Numbered from the stretch's first letter, positions 11,801 to 26,100 are shown. The stretch: DNA of 64,000 nt from Phoronis australis (GCA_002633005.1 NMRA01000403.1:349792-413791); one strand, 5' to 3'. Notes: generated from the letters alone by a model not told the origin. Numbers and translations: made by a program.

Positions 11801-14800
11801 TCTAAAACTCTGCGGGTTTCTGCGGAATTCTTATTGCATAGTTATAGCATCAGATGAGTAATTACCCATAATGCATGAGTCTGCTGCCATTCACTGCGGC
11901 AGCCATTTTAGGTGGTGGTGCACCACGAAAAACTTGAACTAAAAATTCTTGTTCAATTCAGATTTGAAAATGTTAGAAGAGCATTATTTGGGCTTAACTT
12001 TCGACTGAACTAATTTGCATTAAAATCCTTTTATGAGAAGTTTTTAATAATAAAATTACAATTATGCAGAACAAGTATCTTCAATACGATGTCTCTAAAC
12101 GTATATAGTAGACAGTACAGGAGATGTTATCTGTGTGAAGATCATCTTCCGTTCTTGCTTTTTCTTTATTGTTATAGTTGTTGAAAATTGTCATTGGCAA
12201 TCTATTGGTTAGGGCACCATAGTTTAGCTGTTAGTGCTCCAAATTCAATGTGAGTTTTGTTCTGGGGTACTTTTAAATCATTACCTCATATGTTATTGTG
12301 CCACCTGTTATTTTTAGATATCTACCACACAACTTTTGACCCACCTCCAAACAACATGGTGGAAGAGAGGCTAGAAAAAGTGGAAGGTTGCGATGAGGAA
12401 TCTATCATCGACAAACTGGTTGTTTACCACCGACACATAGATGGCGTCATTTCTTGTTATGGCAAAGTTATGAAGACGATCAATGCTGACCAGCCAAAAG
12501 GGGACGTGTTTGCTCAAGGTAATATTCCAGCTTTATGCAGATGATATGATGCATAGTGTGACAATGAGTGAAGCCCTACGCTGTGCTTCATAGACCCAAG
12601 ACACTTGTGAAACCCTGCGCTGCTCTCCACAGACTCAAGACACTCATGAAGCCCCTTGCGATCCACTGACCCAAGACACTCATGAAGCCCTGGTCTGCGC
12701 TCCACAGTCCCATGACACTTGTCAAGCCCTGCGCTGCACTCCACAGGCCCAAGACACTCGTGAAGCTCTTGTGGGGAGAAATCTTTGCTTATGCCATGGA
12801 AACAGTGAACTTTATCCCATAATTCAACATTCCAACCACACCGACCAATCACAGTTTTGCCAGGATAGGCTAGTTAGCTCTCAAGCATTTACTTGTGAAA
12901 TACTCACCTTTCACTTGTGTCATATTTTGTTGCACGATCTTGTTTAAATTCTTGTATCTACGTAATATAACTGCTTTCCTCATTTACAATTTATTATGTG
13001 CTCAGACTTGTTGAAAACTTTTAATCATCTGATTTTCTAACACGTGTAACACAATTAATCTAAGCCAATCGGATCGTTTCTCAGTAAGGCTTAGTGATTT
13101 ACTGTGCTTGAATTGCTGACAAAGATACTTCATTTTGATAGTTGTTTTCAAAATTCTCTTGAAACCGTGTACAAAGTTTTGCTGTTGATAGTAAATGATG
13201 TATTTACTGTGTAAGTGTGAGAGGAACTAGTGCATGTTGGTGTCCAGTCTGTCTGAGTATCGAGCACCACTATGGGTAATAGTAAATTCTTTAATATTTA
13301 ATTATTAAATGAGTTTTCAAGACCTCTTGTTTAAGTCTATGATTTCTGCTTTTTGTTTCAGTGCATGCCTTCTTAAGTAACCAGACACGATCAGCAGCGC
13401 CACACACACCACGAATCATACTGATGGGCCCTACAGGGGCGGGTAAAGGGGTGCAAGCTGCCCTTATAGCTAGCAAGTACAACATAGTGAATGGTAAGTG
13501 TGGCCTACAGGGATACATCATTTTTTCATGGCATAGTGTCTTTTACGTACTAGTTTCCATGACAATGAAACAGCCATTTCACTAGTATTTTTAAGAATTT
13601 GCAATTTTTTTATAACCCATTTATTAACTTTTCATGTTTAGGCCAAAAACTCAAAGTTGGTTGTGGTGCCTACCCTGATTCTGGAGTTTTGTGCAATGGG
13701 CCGAGCAGCCTGCGCGTGTCTGACCACATTTTTTTTACTCTGACTCATTTTGAGACCTGCGCTCAGCAGATCAGAAAAAATAAACTCCACCTGCATCAAT
13801 TAAAACCAAGGTCTTGAATATTTTTTGGAAAGCTACACCAAGGTATGTAAAGGTTTGAAACACCATGAGTTGTCAAGCGATGAGTTAAAAACAATCGTGC
13901 ATTTTTTTTTCGCTCATCTCAGGTGTTTTTTTTCTTGAAAAAAGTGAGCAACTAAAAACTGACTCGATTTTCAAAAAAAAAAAAAAACAGACCAGAATCG
14001 ACTATCCTTTTTTGGCCTCGTTTTAACTCCACTTGGTTGTTAGTGTTGATTGGTTGAGTACCTGATCACTAGGGATTTCTTAGCTTCTCGTTTCATGCAT
14101 TCTACTAAACATGACAAATTGTCTGCTAAGTAAACTAATTTCTTGCAGTTGGAAAACGTTTCCCAGTATGTTGCCATCTTTGTTGCCTCACAGCTGCCAT
14201 CTTTGTTTGTTCATGGCTGCCATCTTTGTTTGTTCATGGCTGCCATTTCTGTTGTTCCACTTAAATTAATGCTTTGTTGTTTCAGTCTCAGCTGGACAGT
14301 TGCTGAAGCAAGCTGTAGCAGACGACTCCAAGATTGGTAACTCCATCAAACAGTTTTTAGAGAAGGGAGAATTGGGTAAGTGCTGCTATCTACTCTATGA
14401 AATGTGTCCTTGTTGGTATTCTCATGTANCAAAGTTGGTTGTGGTGCCTACCCTGATTCCGGAGTTTTGTGCAATGCGCCGAGCAGCCTGCGCATGTCTG
14501 ACCACAATTTTTTTACTCCGACTCATTTTGAGACCTGCGCTCAGCAGATCAGAAAAAAAAAACTCCACCTGCATCAATTAAAACCAAGGTCTTGAATATT
14601 TTTTTGGAAAGCTACACCAAGGTATGTAAAGGTTTGAAAGACCATGAGTTGTCAAGCGATGAGTTAAAAACAATCGTGCATTTTTTTTCGCTCATCTCAG
14701 GTGTTTTTTTTCTTGAAAAAAGTGAGCAACTAAAAACTGACTCGATTTTCAAAAAAAAAAAACAGACCAGAATCGACTATCCTTTTTTGGCCTCATTTGA

Positions 14801-17800
14801 ACACCACTTGGTTGTTAGTGTTGATTAGTTGAGTACCTGATCACTAGGGATTTCTTAGCTTCTCGTTTCATGCATTCTACTAAACCTGACAAATTGTCTG
14901 CTAAGTAAACTAAATTCTTGCCGTTGGAAAACGTTTCCCAGCATGTTGCCATCTTTGTTGCCTCACAGCTGCCATCTTTGTTTGTTCATGGCTGCCATCT
15001 TTGTTTGTTCATGACTGCCATCTTTGTTTGTTCATGGCTGCCATTTCTGTTGTTCCACTTAAATTAATGCTTTGTTGTTTCAGTCTCAGCAGGACAGTTG
15101 CTGAAGCAAGCTGTAGCAGACGACTCCAAGATTGGTAACTCCATCAAACAGTTTTTAGAGAAGGGAGAATTGGGTAAGTGCTGCTATCTACTCTATGAAA
15201 TATGTCGTTGTTGGTATTCTCATGTAAATTGCTAATCCTATCTAATTAGTGTAATAGTGCCTAAACTGTGTATAGTCATCGGGGTTTTAATACCGCTGTC
15301 ATTAACCTACAGGTCATGAAGTGTAATGTCTTAACTCCATTTTACTTTTCGTTGTTTTTATTCAGATTTTTAGCTGTATGTATTTTAGACTCCGTGCTCT
15401 TGCTATGAGCTCCCTAAGGGGATGTTCACACTTAAACTCTGCAACGATTGGTCGCAGTCAGAGTGTTCCCATAAACTTATACTAACCGCCATGTTGATCA
15501 CCTTGCACATCGTCCAACTTCAAGGTAGCTGGACATTGGTTTATTAGCGACTTCTACATTAAAAATATCAATGAATGCAAATAACGCTTTGTTCAAACTC
15601 ATCTTCAAATTTGCTAAAACATGTTTTTCTGCTTAATTTGTTAAAAATTCAAATAATTGAGTCTTCCCTTTCTTGCAGTGCCCGACACGTTCGTAATGAC
15701 CGTCTTGAAGCAGCGTTTGAGCCAGTTAGACTGTGTAAGCAGGGGCTGGGTGCTTCATGGATACCCACGCAACAGGGACCAAGCTGAACAACTTGTGTTG
15801 TCAGAGTTCGTGCCCAATAGGTGAGAGATAAGGTCAAGGTCAAGAAAACAAATTTTCCCGTGGAAATCGTAATATTGCGGTTTTCATGCGGTCTGGAATG
15901 ACCTAAATATTGTAAAACGATTGTTGTTGAAGACTGGCCTCATTTGGGAACATACAGCTTGTCAAGAGCAATGTGGTTGGACATTGGCTTGTTCTGAAAT
16001 CTAATGTTAGATGGCGCTACTGGTTGCTACAAAATCCATTCTTTAATTTAGATCACTTACACAGTATGAATTTGTTCTCAAATTGTTCGAATCCCTGGTC
16101 AAATTGGAGAGGATTTCAGGGCTTTAAGAGAACTGACAGTCTGTCATTCATTGAGATCAGGCAGTACTACAAGTTGGCTTGTCACGTGTCATTTTATGCA
16201 CCGAGCATAGTCTCAAAGAGCATAATGAACCGAGCATAGTCTCAATGAGTAACGATTTGTCAATTCCTTACAAGCCCAGTCGTCATTTGTTGTCTGAGCG
16301 AGGAGTAAGCTTATAATCTGTGTCATAATTGGTCCTTAACAAAAGTTTGCTTTTTGGCCCGAACGTGGGTTTTTAATAGACACATACATCTGCCTTCGGT
16401 GACTTAAACAAGTTTTGATTAGACAACTTACCATTTGTCAAATTGGTCTCCCTTTCTGCTGGGACCTTATAATCCAAGTAGGTCAGATTTCTGGGCTTTG
16501 AAAGAGCTGACAGCTCGTTATTGCTCAAGATTACAAGTTGACTGTTACGGCATCCAATTTAATTATTCTCTGAGCATTATGAGCAATAACAGACTGTAAG
16601 TTCTTTACAAGACCAACGTCACTTTTAATTCTCGTCTGAGTCAGAAGCAAGTTGAGACCAATTTCTTAGCTGCGGTAAACAATCTTAAATCAAATGGTAA
16701 TTTCTTTACCTTTAAATAATAGACTTACTTGGTGTACCATAATTTGATCTTTTATTCGTTTTGCAGAGTGTTTTTCCTGGATGTTCCTACTGACTCCATT
16801 GTAGAGAGGCTGACCCTGCGAGCCACTGATCCAATCACAGGTGAACGATATCACATNACTTTAGTTTTTGACAATATTGGACAAGACAACTAGTTCTTGT
16901 CTGTCAGTCATCTAAGTTCTTAACAGGTCCTCCTGGAGGCAATTTGTTTGCAAGTGTTGGATTTTATATTTTAACCTATTAAAAATAATTAAAAAATTAT
17001 GGGTCATGGGTTGGAGAAATAAATGAAAAATACGGGCGGTGGGTATGAAATAAAAGTGCCTTTCCCCCCCTTCCATACAGATTTTGCTGGAATAGCCCTA
17101 AGTTCTTTACAAGACCAATGTCACTTTTAATTCTCGTCTGAGTCAGAAGCAAGTTGAGACCAATTTCTTAGCTGCGGTAAACAATCTTAAATCAAACGGT
17201 AATTTCTTTACCTTTAAATAATAGACTTACTTGGTGTACCATAATTTGATCTTTTATTCCTTTTGCAGAGTGTTTTTCCTGGATGTTCCTACTGACTCCA
17301 TTGTAGAGAGGCTGACCCTGCGAGCCACTGATCCAATCACAGGTGAACGATATCACATGCTGTACAATCCACCGCGAACACAGGAGGTTCGCGACAGGTG
17401 AGTGCGGCAAACTTAATGAATCAAATTGAGCAAGTAATCCAATCACCTTAACCTATCGCCAAGATATAAGAACAATTCCTGTACAAGTTTTGCCAGAATG
17501 TTGTGCAGAGAAAGTAACACAGGGTGAAAATTCTTTTGAAATAAGACAAAATTGTTATATAATCAGGTTTAGAGTTATGGCCCTTGTAGTGTGGATTAGT
17601 GTAAAACGTTCTGCACAGTATCAAGTTTAATTTAAAAGTATTCCAAAGAGAACCAAAGTATTTTAATACAAAAATCAGGGTTGAAACTTACACAGCGGAG
17701 CACTACATGCTGTTTGCAGAATACTACTCAAAGAAAATTTCCCGGAAAACCCTGAGATTTTTATCATATTGCCATAGGCTACAACAGAACCCCAAAGACA

Positions 17801-17970
17801 GTGAAGAAGCTGTGCGTGCACGTCTGACTGAGTGGAGCGCCTACCTAGAGGAGCTTGCCGATTATTATCAGGACGGTCAGCACATCAACGCTGACCAAGA
17901 TCCACACACGGTGTTTGAGAGTATAGAGAGTATGATCGTCAACCCACTTCCCAAGACTTTTGAAGCTTAA
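5860..17970 (+). CDS. AK8: Adenylate kinase 8 (N-terminal Dpy-30/RIIa-like docking region plus two AK domains), 11 exons, 480 aa
   Basis: Exons 5860-5943, 6682-6766, 9620-9783, 10644-10794, 11500-11571, 12318-12518, 13362-13493, 14286-14375 (duplicate copy 15084-15173), 15679-15820, 17269-17397 and 17778-17970 total 1443 nt in frame. P-loops GPPCSGKRT and GPTGAGKGV; GWVMDGFP and GWVLHGYPR; lid motifs RVDPKTG..YH and [12 protein letters not shown]; N-terminus [14 protein letters not shown] resembles AK8. Confidence 0.93.
12568..12770 (+). repeat. Minisatellite of about 38-40 bp, about 5 copies, in AK8 intron 6
   Basis: Unit approximately GAAGCCCTGCGCTGCTCTCCACAGACCCAAGACACTCAT. Confidence 0.8.
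13652..15226 (+). repeat. Tandem duplication of about 780 bp containing AK8 exon 8, joined by single N at 14429 (probably uncollapsed alleles)
   Basis: 13652-14428 versus 14430-15226 differ by scattered SNPs, one synonymous exon change (GCT/GCA) and one extra 22-bp GCTGCCATCTTTGTTTGTTCAT-type unit. Confidence 0.85.
16597..17358 (+). repeat. Duplication of the AK8 exon 10 acceptor region across single N at 16857
   Basis: 16597-16856 matches 17099-17358. The first copy of exon 10 (from 16767) is cut off at the N. Confidence 0.85.
16858..17098. mobile_element. End of a PIF/Harbinger-like MITE present in one allele only
   Basis: Ends ...CTGGAATAGCCC directly before TAA (17099). The other allele copy has an empty GACTG-TAA-GTTC site at 16597. 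A GGG terminus with a TAA target is typical of PIF/Harbinger. Confidence 0.55.
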
Positions 17971-20260
17971 GTCCGCAGTGTTGGAGAAGTCGCAGATGAC
18001 TTCACGCACTCGGGGTTACTAATACTGTATTGTGTTATTTTATACACAGTAAATTGTTATTTTGTACAGGTTGGTTAGGGATAAAATTGTATATAACTTT
18101 TACTTCATGAACAATTTTAAAATAGAAAGCAAGTACATGTAATTAGTAATATGCAACGTATTCGTATTCAGTAGTTTTCAAAATATACTGGACACACTTG
18201 TGCTGACAAACCCTGCCGAAGTGTGGATTACTGTCATCATGATTCAGGATATTCAGTAGTAATAACTGAATGTTATTTCATCTTTGTCCGATTGGGAAAG
18301 TGCACAAAATTCCACACCAGCTAATAGCAAAAACGTTCGATTTCGAAGAACTATGCAGGAACAGCAACTGTCCAAGTGTCTCACTCATCAGTATGAAGTG
18401 TAGATGTTCACTCTGGAACTTTGTCGAAGTTTGGTGTGGATAGTTTGCTTTGATAACTGGCCATGAAAAATGTAACAGTCAACTTTTATAATTAAAAATT
18501 CAATGTTAATATTATATTGTTACACCGTTGTGAAGTGTTAAAATATCAGTTTATTAAGTTTTGGTTTCACTCACTGTATATAATTATGGCACGTGCCTCA
18601 GAAATTTAATAATTTAAGCATGTAAAATATATTATTTGTGAACTTATTAAAAATGTCTGAATTAAATAAGGAATTTTGTGTTTTATTACAGGGCCCACCG
18701 TTGCTTTTCGCAGTACAGTGATATTTTCCTCTTTCATAAGCCATCTGTACTCAACTTCAGTTGACAAATAAACTTCCTTTAGAGAAGATTGTTCGAAAGC
18801 AAGCAACAACACATCAATTCCTTAGCGTGTCAATTTATGAATCACATCAGAATATTATGCTGTGTACTCATTAGCTTTAAAGAATGAGAAATTTACCATC
18901 GATTAAAATTGGCAAAAGGGAACGTAATCGTCTTTACCCCAGTATACATTAAGAACTCTTGGTAAAAATGATGTTGTGGTCTTGATCAGAAGCTTGCAGA
19001 ATCTTTTAAATGTTAATTAAGCACGTCTCGAGTCCACAGAAAGCAAAAATAAAAAAGTTGATATATATCTCCAGTAGAGAGGTCTACCATGTGGAGATAA
19101 CTCCATAGACGGAACTATGGTTGAGCAATATAACTATTAAAAATTCTGGCAGGAACTCCACTCACTTTTGGAAATTCTGATTCTGTCACTGGATGTGAAA
19201 AATATAGGCCAATTTCGGGATTATCCAGAAGTTCTTCCACTTGACAGAATGATCAATGTCGTGGAAGTACTTACATGGTACAGGGCTTGTAACTTTCCTC
19301 TTTTAAGAGGATTTCGTCTTTTTCAGTTTTGAGTTCTCTTATTTGATTTTGAGTTTCCTCTTTTCATCTCTTTTTCATCATCATTTTGACTTTATTCACG
19401 CAAAAAATGTTATTTATTGCAGTTAAATTTCACAACTCAAAAAAAATTTCTATCACGTAAGCCTATTTGTGGAACGATAGATCATCTGGAAAATGCTCTT
19501 CTTTTTTGTCATTGGCCATTCCAAGCGCTGACCATGAAATGCCACGTTCGCACACCAGAGTGTATTGATTAAGATGTTCACTTATCCACAAAATAGTAAA
19601 TGGTAATTAAGTCAACACAGATTTGATTCCTATTGTATTTCAGTTGATATGTTTTGATACATACAATCAGGAATATGGTTACTGCAATCTCCCTAATACA
19701 GGCCCGGGCACTCAGAAAACTCGTTCAAGTGGGATACTCTATATAGGTAATAGCAGGATGCATTAACGTAGGACATGCGTACCATAAAATAAATTAACTA
19801 GCTGTCCCAATACAATTATTGACAAAGATAAACCTGTAACCCATGGCAAACTACAGTCCATACATAGAAGCCAAATGTTATCAATAGTCACTCACAGGGG
19901 ACTGGAATTTTGAGAACCAGTTTGATGACAGTTATTTAGGGAAGAAAACTGGTTCTAAAAGTGCGGGACCACTGCAAGTAACTATTACCTAAATGCCTCA
20001 CAAAGCAATTAATACTGTCTCACTAACAAGCTAAACCAACAACTGAATGTCCTCTCGGCATACGAGGAAAATTAACAAGAGGCAGAGTCCCAAATTGAAC
20101 ACATTAGATACGGGCGTTCATTAGAGAGTGCACAGCGTGACAGATTCAATGACTGCCGCATATTGATGAGCCCATTGGCTCACGTCAGCAGTTTGCACCA
20201 CTCTATCAGTCTCACATACACGTACAACAATTACTAAATTCACCTACAGGAATCGACCAC

Positions 20261-20612
20261 AAGCACACGACCTAGATATGCAAATTACCTTCCATTAAGT
20301 TGGTATACACCGCACTGTAAAGCACATGACCTAGATATGCAAATTACCTTCCATTAAGTTGGTATACACCGCACTGTAAAGCACATGACCTAGATATGCA
20401 AATTACCTTCCATTAAGTTGGTATACACCGCACTGTAAAGCACATGACCTAGATATGCTAATTACCTTCCATTAAGTTGGTATACACCGCACTGTAAAGC
20501 ACATGACCTAGATATGCAAATTACCTTCCATTAAGTTGGTATACACCGCACTGTAAAGCACATGACCTAGATATGCAAATTACGTCCCATTAATTCAATA
20601 TACACTGTACAG
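20261..20612 (+). repeat. 59-bp tandem repeat, about 6 copies
   Basis: Unit AAGCACATGACCTAGATATGCAAATTACCTTCCATTAAGTTGGTATACACCGCACTGTA. Central copies are near identical. Confidence 0.95.
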
Positions 20613-23156
20613 TAATGTACAAAGTTTTGCTAAGATGCATCACCAGCCTGACCTCATTATTCTTATTTCTGCGTAGACACACTACGCAATAATCACTAAT
20701 AACAAAATCAACATTTAAATAACTAAAGCAGCAAGAAGTAACTCGATTTTGACCAGAACTGCTAACAAAACTTGTTCTTTACTCAGATGAGAAGTGATTT
20801 TTGGTCTTGCAAAGAACTGACAGTTTGTAATTGCTCTAGGTTACGCTCTGAAAATAAAATGACAAAGTGTGACGAGAAAGCTTGTAGAATCTTGTCTAAA
20901 GTTATAACGAACTGCTGGCCCTGAAATCCCACCTAGTTTGAGTGAGGAACAACTAGAGTCCAACTTTTTGCTAAAAGGTCTAAACCAAGAAATCTTTGTC
21001 ACAACATACAGTAGGTTACAGACAACAAATTCACAAATGACATTTTTTTTTTGAGTAGTATCCTAGAGGAGGCGCCACACTCCTTAACAACCAATTTCAG
21101 TTTCCGGTTAGTGTATTGTGACAGGAAATTCTTGCATCTATTTTACTGTCCAGTATAACAAAAAAAATAACTTCAGCATTGCAACGTTGTTCAAAGTCTT
21201 CCAGTAATAGAACTGTTAGTATGGTGACCACTTTTGGCAATGCTACTACCTAACCATGATTAGCAGACAACGCACTTTCCAGAAGTAAAACTTGCTCATT
21301 TTGCCAGATGTCGCTAGTGAATAATGACGTTATGGCTTCAGCGCAAGATCACAGATTTTGGCCATAGAAAATATACAGAGCTGGCAGTCCATGTACTACA
21401 GTTAATGGTCACAGGAAGATGTGTTTATAACAGAACTAATATATTTTAGATTTATGACTACACTAGGAAGAGCTTTTGACTTTATGACTACAGTAGTTAG
21501 AGCTGTGATCAAAAAATATAAAATTGGTGTATAAGCTGAAATTTGTGCTAAGCAGCATCGCTCCATTACCTGGCAGTGAGAGTTCATGAGAAAAATATTC
21601 TCAGGTCGATGACCACCAGTCACACACATTGGTAGGATATACAAGTAGTGGAAAAATCAGCACTGCAACTGCAGCGCCATCTAGCGGAATGATCATTTTT
21701 ACTTGAATGCGATGACAATTGGCCTAAATGAATTGAATTACAATTCTCTGGTACCCACTGATGAATGGTTTCATTTACTCTTTGAACTGCGGCAGATAAA
21801 TGGTCTTAGAGACATGATGTCAGAGAAGAGACGGAAATCTAGATAATGGACTAGATTGTTACGTGGACTAGCTTCGATTTAGAAACCGCTATCGTCTGGA
21901 ATTGAAATCACACCGGAGGTTTCTATAATGAAGACATGTCTTCACCTACTTTTGGAAATATCTCTAAAATTCAACGTTTATGTAGTGATCTGAGAGTACT
22001 TACTTGACAAAAAAATTTAAGCAACAATATCAGAGGACACGACAAATTTCACCAAGTACACAAAAGCTTTAATAGCTTCAATAACATTCTAGTAAAAGCT
22101 TTATACATCTGGGTATAAGACCACGCGCTTGTAATATGGCAGCTAGAAAACCTGGGTTGGGCCTAGAAACTGGATGGTTTGTAATGGGCATCCGTGCATA
22201 AGCTACAGGTCTTCTAAAAACATACATGTACTAGGTACATGAATCCAAAAGCTACAGGCAAACTTCAAAATAAACTGGACAGCGTGAAAATTCCATAATT
22301 TTCACCAACAAAACTGAAATGAGACATACATTTTCCTTTTTGACTAGAACACATTGCATTTTGGGTTCATTCTTGACGTGACAGACAGTACAAGCCAAAA
22401 GTATTCGGACAAAATGATCCAAAACTACCGTCATGAAGGCTGGACGAAAGCCAAACTCATCATCAGAGAAGTACTCCCTCGTGGCAACAAATGACTGGGA
22501 CGTAGCAAAGTTAGTAAGGTAGCTAATCCATTTTGTAATTAGTATTTTGCCACCCTAGGATGCCGTCCATTAGCAGATTTAGCTATATTTTGTCCGAATA
22601 CTTTTCGCTTTTACGGTAGTTCAATGTTGACAACTTGCCTAGCAAGTCATCTAACAATTAGGGGCTCGGTGCAATAACGCGACTTATTAAACACTGATTT
22701 AGTTCAATAAAAATGTCATGATGCAACACTTCAGCTTAACTGTTATAAATAATTCTGGCAACAAGTATGTCCCAGTTTGGCAAGGGTCTGACAGTTCTGT
22801 TGCAGTTTGTCAAGATTATTTTGCAAGATACTAACTGTAAAATTGGGATGATGGCACACATGAACACTGCCGGAATCAAATATCTGAAGTAGCTCTCCAC
22901 CATCAGAGAGTGAACGAGAGAGAGAAGTCAAGCTAGATTGGATTTGGACTAGGGGGTAAGAGGCAGTTGGGCTTGATAGTCCTACAGAGGGCTAGCAAGT
23001 GAGAATAAACAACAAGTTGGGGGTGGCCCTATACCCCGACGAATACGGTACATCCTTGGGTAGTGATTGTACATGCACACATATTGAGCAGTGTTCGATC
23101 TTTGGTGAGCTAAAACTCTTCAACTCTTTATCCCGACAAAACTGGAACTGTCCGTT

Positions 23157-26100
23157 TTATTTAAGCCCGTTAGAATGTTTCGCTTGTGCCATTTCTAGAG
23201 ATGTTTCGTTGAACACATCCAGCATGTCTTTACGTATTTTCTCCGTAAGCTCTGTTACGTCCTCGTGTGCGAGGTCCTCTGTTGGCACAGGTGGCAGAAC
23301 TGTGATGATCACTTTACCTAAAGACACAAAGACGAATCGCAATGAGCACAACAGGAACTACTTCAACAAAGTAGGTGAAATCTATTTTCAACCAAAAGTT
23401 GGAAGCAAATTTAGTGGCTAAAGGAGAACTGATAGATTGAGTTTTCTTAAGAATTTCCATCATAGCGGAGAATAATTGTTTGAGGTACCCATAAATAAAT
23501 GTCTATGGGTCCATATTAAAAAAATATCTGAACGTATGTTATGGACAGATATATTTTATTTTTTTACAGCATGAGATTTAACTACACGTAAACTTTACTG
23601 TCAGCCATTAAATCACTTACAATATTTAAGATGACTGTTACTAGTAATAATAGTTACATCATCTTTAGAATATAATAGCAACAGACAAACATCCATCACA
23701 AAGTATTTCACGTGTTTTTCGTTTCAGAGACAATACCCTTGCTTCTTTCGCGGAACTTCCCGCTAACTTCGATATTCGTCAACAAGTGCTATCATTATGT
23801 ATATTTATATCAAACCAGTTAAAAAAGGTGCCATCCGTGTCTCAACTATACAAATGCATCAGCAACATTTCAACAAACAACATTTGAAGAATTTTCAATT
23901 TTCATATTCAGAAAACTGTTTTTGCAAACAACATGCAATACACGCTGAAAATTGTCAAGTGAAATGACCTACAATTCCTCACCATGGCAACTAAGCAACA
24001 GTGAAATCTGATTGGCAAACAACATGCAATACACGCTGAAAATTGTCAAGTGAAATGACCTACAATTCCTCACAATGGCAACTAAGCAACAGTGAAATCT
24101 GATTATGACCCCTGGGTACAAATAAAATTCAAGGTCAAAGAACCATGATGATTCATGACCTGCCATGATTAGAAAAATTATCGTTCTTCTGAACCCAGAA
24201 TAGATTTGACCTCCATCTAATCTTACCTGTTGTGAAGCGTTTCTCGTTCTTGCTGTAAAAGTCCGAAAATGACGAAAATATGACTGGAACTATGGGGACC
24301 TACAACGAGCATGAACATGTCACACTACAATCATGACAAAGACCATGGTCACATGGCAGTGACTTCAAACAAATTCTATGAGATTTTTATTTCCGGACAA
24401 AAAGAAGTTTTAAGGAACAGGGGGTCAATTTTTCACTGACAGACCATCAGTTTCGTAATTTTAGAATCCACACACCCTTGAGCAACTGTTAAGACAAGCT
24501 TGTACCATTTGTTATCACAATAATAACAACACATGTCCAGACCACACAGTACAACTGTTGTAACAAGATGTATCTTCAGACAAGGCTTAACCGAGACAGG
24601 CCAAAAGGAAATCCTGGTTCAAGTTAAGACAACTAGGCTCAAGTTAGGATACCTTGGCACAAGTTAGGATACCTTGGCACAAGTTAGGACACTCTGACTC
24701 AAGTTAAAACACTCTGGCACAAGTTAAGACGTTCTTGCCCAAGTTAAGACACTCTGCCTGAACCTAAGACACTCTGGTTCAAGTTAAGACACTCTGGCTC
24801 AAGTTAAGACACCCACATTCAAATTAAGACACTCTGGTTCAAGTTAAGACAACCTGGCTCAAGATGAGGCACCCAGATTCAAGTTAAGACACGCTGGCTA
24901 AAGTTAGGATACTATGGCTGAAATAAAGATATCCTGATTCAAGGTAACACACTATAGCTAGAACACCCTGTTTGGCATTTGTCACCCAAGTAAACATTTA
25001 AGGAAATGTCCTGTTTAACCTGCCAACAACAGCTCTGAGAGTTCATTGACATACAAAATGTTATAAATATTTAACCTTTACCCTGCTGTCGTTGAGAATA
25101 CTCGCTTTAACAAGTTAATCAATGGCCATCTGCCAGCCAGCATACTCGCCACAAGACCAAGGCAACTTCTATACAATGACTAAAAGTACATGTATGCTTA
25201 TATATTATGTGAGCATGCACAATTAAAAGACCACCCTGTACCACATATCTATCAAGTCATGTATCCAGATCACTCTGTGCCACTCCTGTAACAGTTAATA
25301 GGTTCAGACTACCCTGTTGCACTCACTTTGGCCTCCACAGCTAGATGAAAAGCACCCTTCTTAAATGGCAACATGGACCCTGTCCTGCTCCGCGTTCCCT
25401 CAGGAAATATCCATACTTTCAGCTGTAACATACCAACAATCAATTACAAACAATTTATCGTTCACTGAATACCAATTCCCACCACTTTTTAACTGACGTC
25501 TCACTGATCAGTGGGGCTTGAACAATTTTGATACGGAAACTATAATTTCAATACCACTGAGTGACTTGGCATCAACTGCACCCCAATGTATGATCATATG
25601 GTGAGAAATGGATCCTATCACACGGCTCATCTAGCAACCGCCATTGTCGTCCTAATGAACACGAATTTACATGGAATTACAACGTACAAGCTTCAATGCC
25701 TCAGTGAGCAAATTAAACCAACTTTACAGTGTACACTCTACTTTTATTCTGTGCATAGCAAGGGTTGTACAGACAAGTTTCATGGTGCAGAGGGCCACAT
25801 ATGTATCACTCACGTAATATAAAAAGTGCAAGGTAATAAACTAGCTTGATTTTCGGCTTAAACAAAAAATGCGTGTTACAGCACCGTGAAAAGTCAAACC
25901 AAGTTGATGCAAAACAACAATTTGAGGCAGCACTTTCTTGTTTTCTAAGGACAAAAACTGGCCAAATTTGAACAGGAATGTCAGTACCCACCCCCAGCAT
26001 ATAATTGGTAATATACCGGGGGTCATGTAGTGAAATAGCTGAGCAAACATTGTCTTAGCAGTATCCACCACAGCATAGAATTCACATTACACTGGGGATA

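Noticed and set aside
12514-12852. 112-aa minus-strand ORF with repeated GLHECLGSV
   Set aside because: Translation of an intronic minisatellite antisense to AK8.
16767-16856. Alternative AK8 exon 10
   Set aside because: Identical to the start of 17269-17397 and truncated at a single N; an allelic assembly duplicate.
20261-20612. Regular repeat array as a possible CRISPR
   Set aside because: Head-to-tail 59-bp units with no unique spacers, no cas genes and a eukaryotic context; this is a minisatellite.
22999-23421. 140-aa plus-strand ORF
   Set aside because: Antisense shadow of the AGPAT last exon with no recognisable motifs.
24612-24960. 20-bp periodic array as CRISPR or coding repeat
   Set aside because: Intronic minisatellite with no spacers and no open frame.
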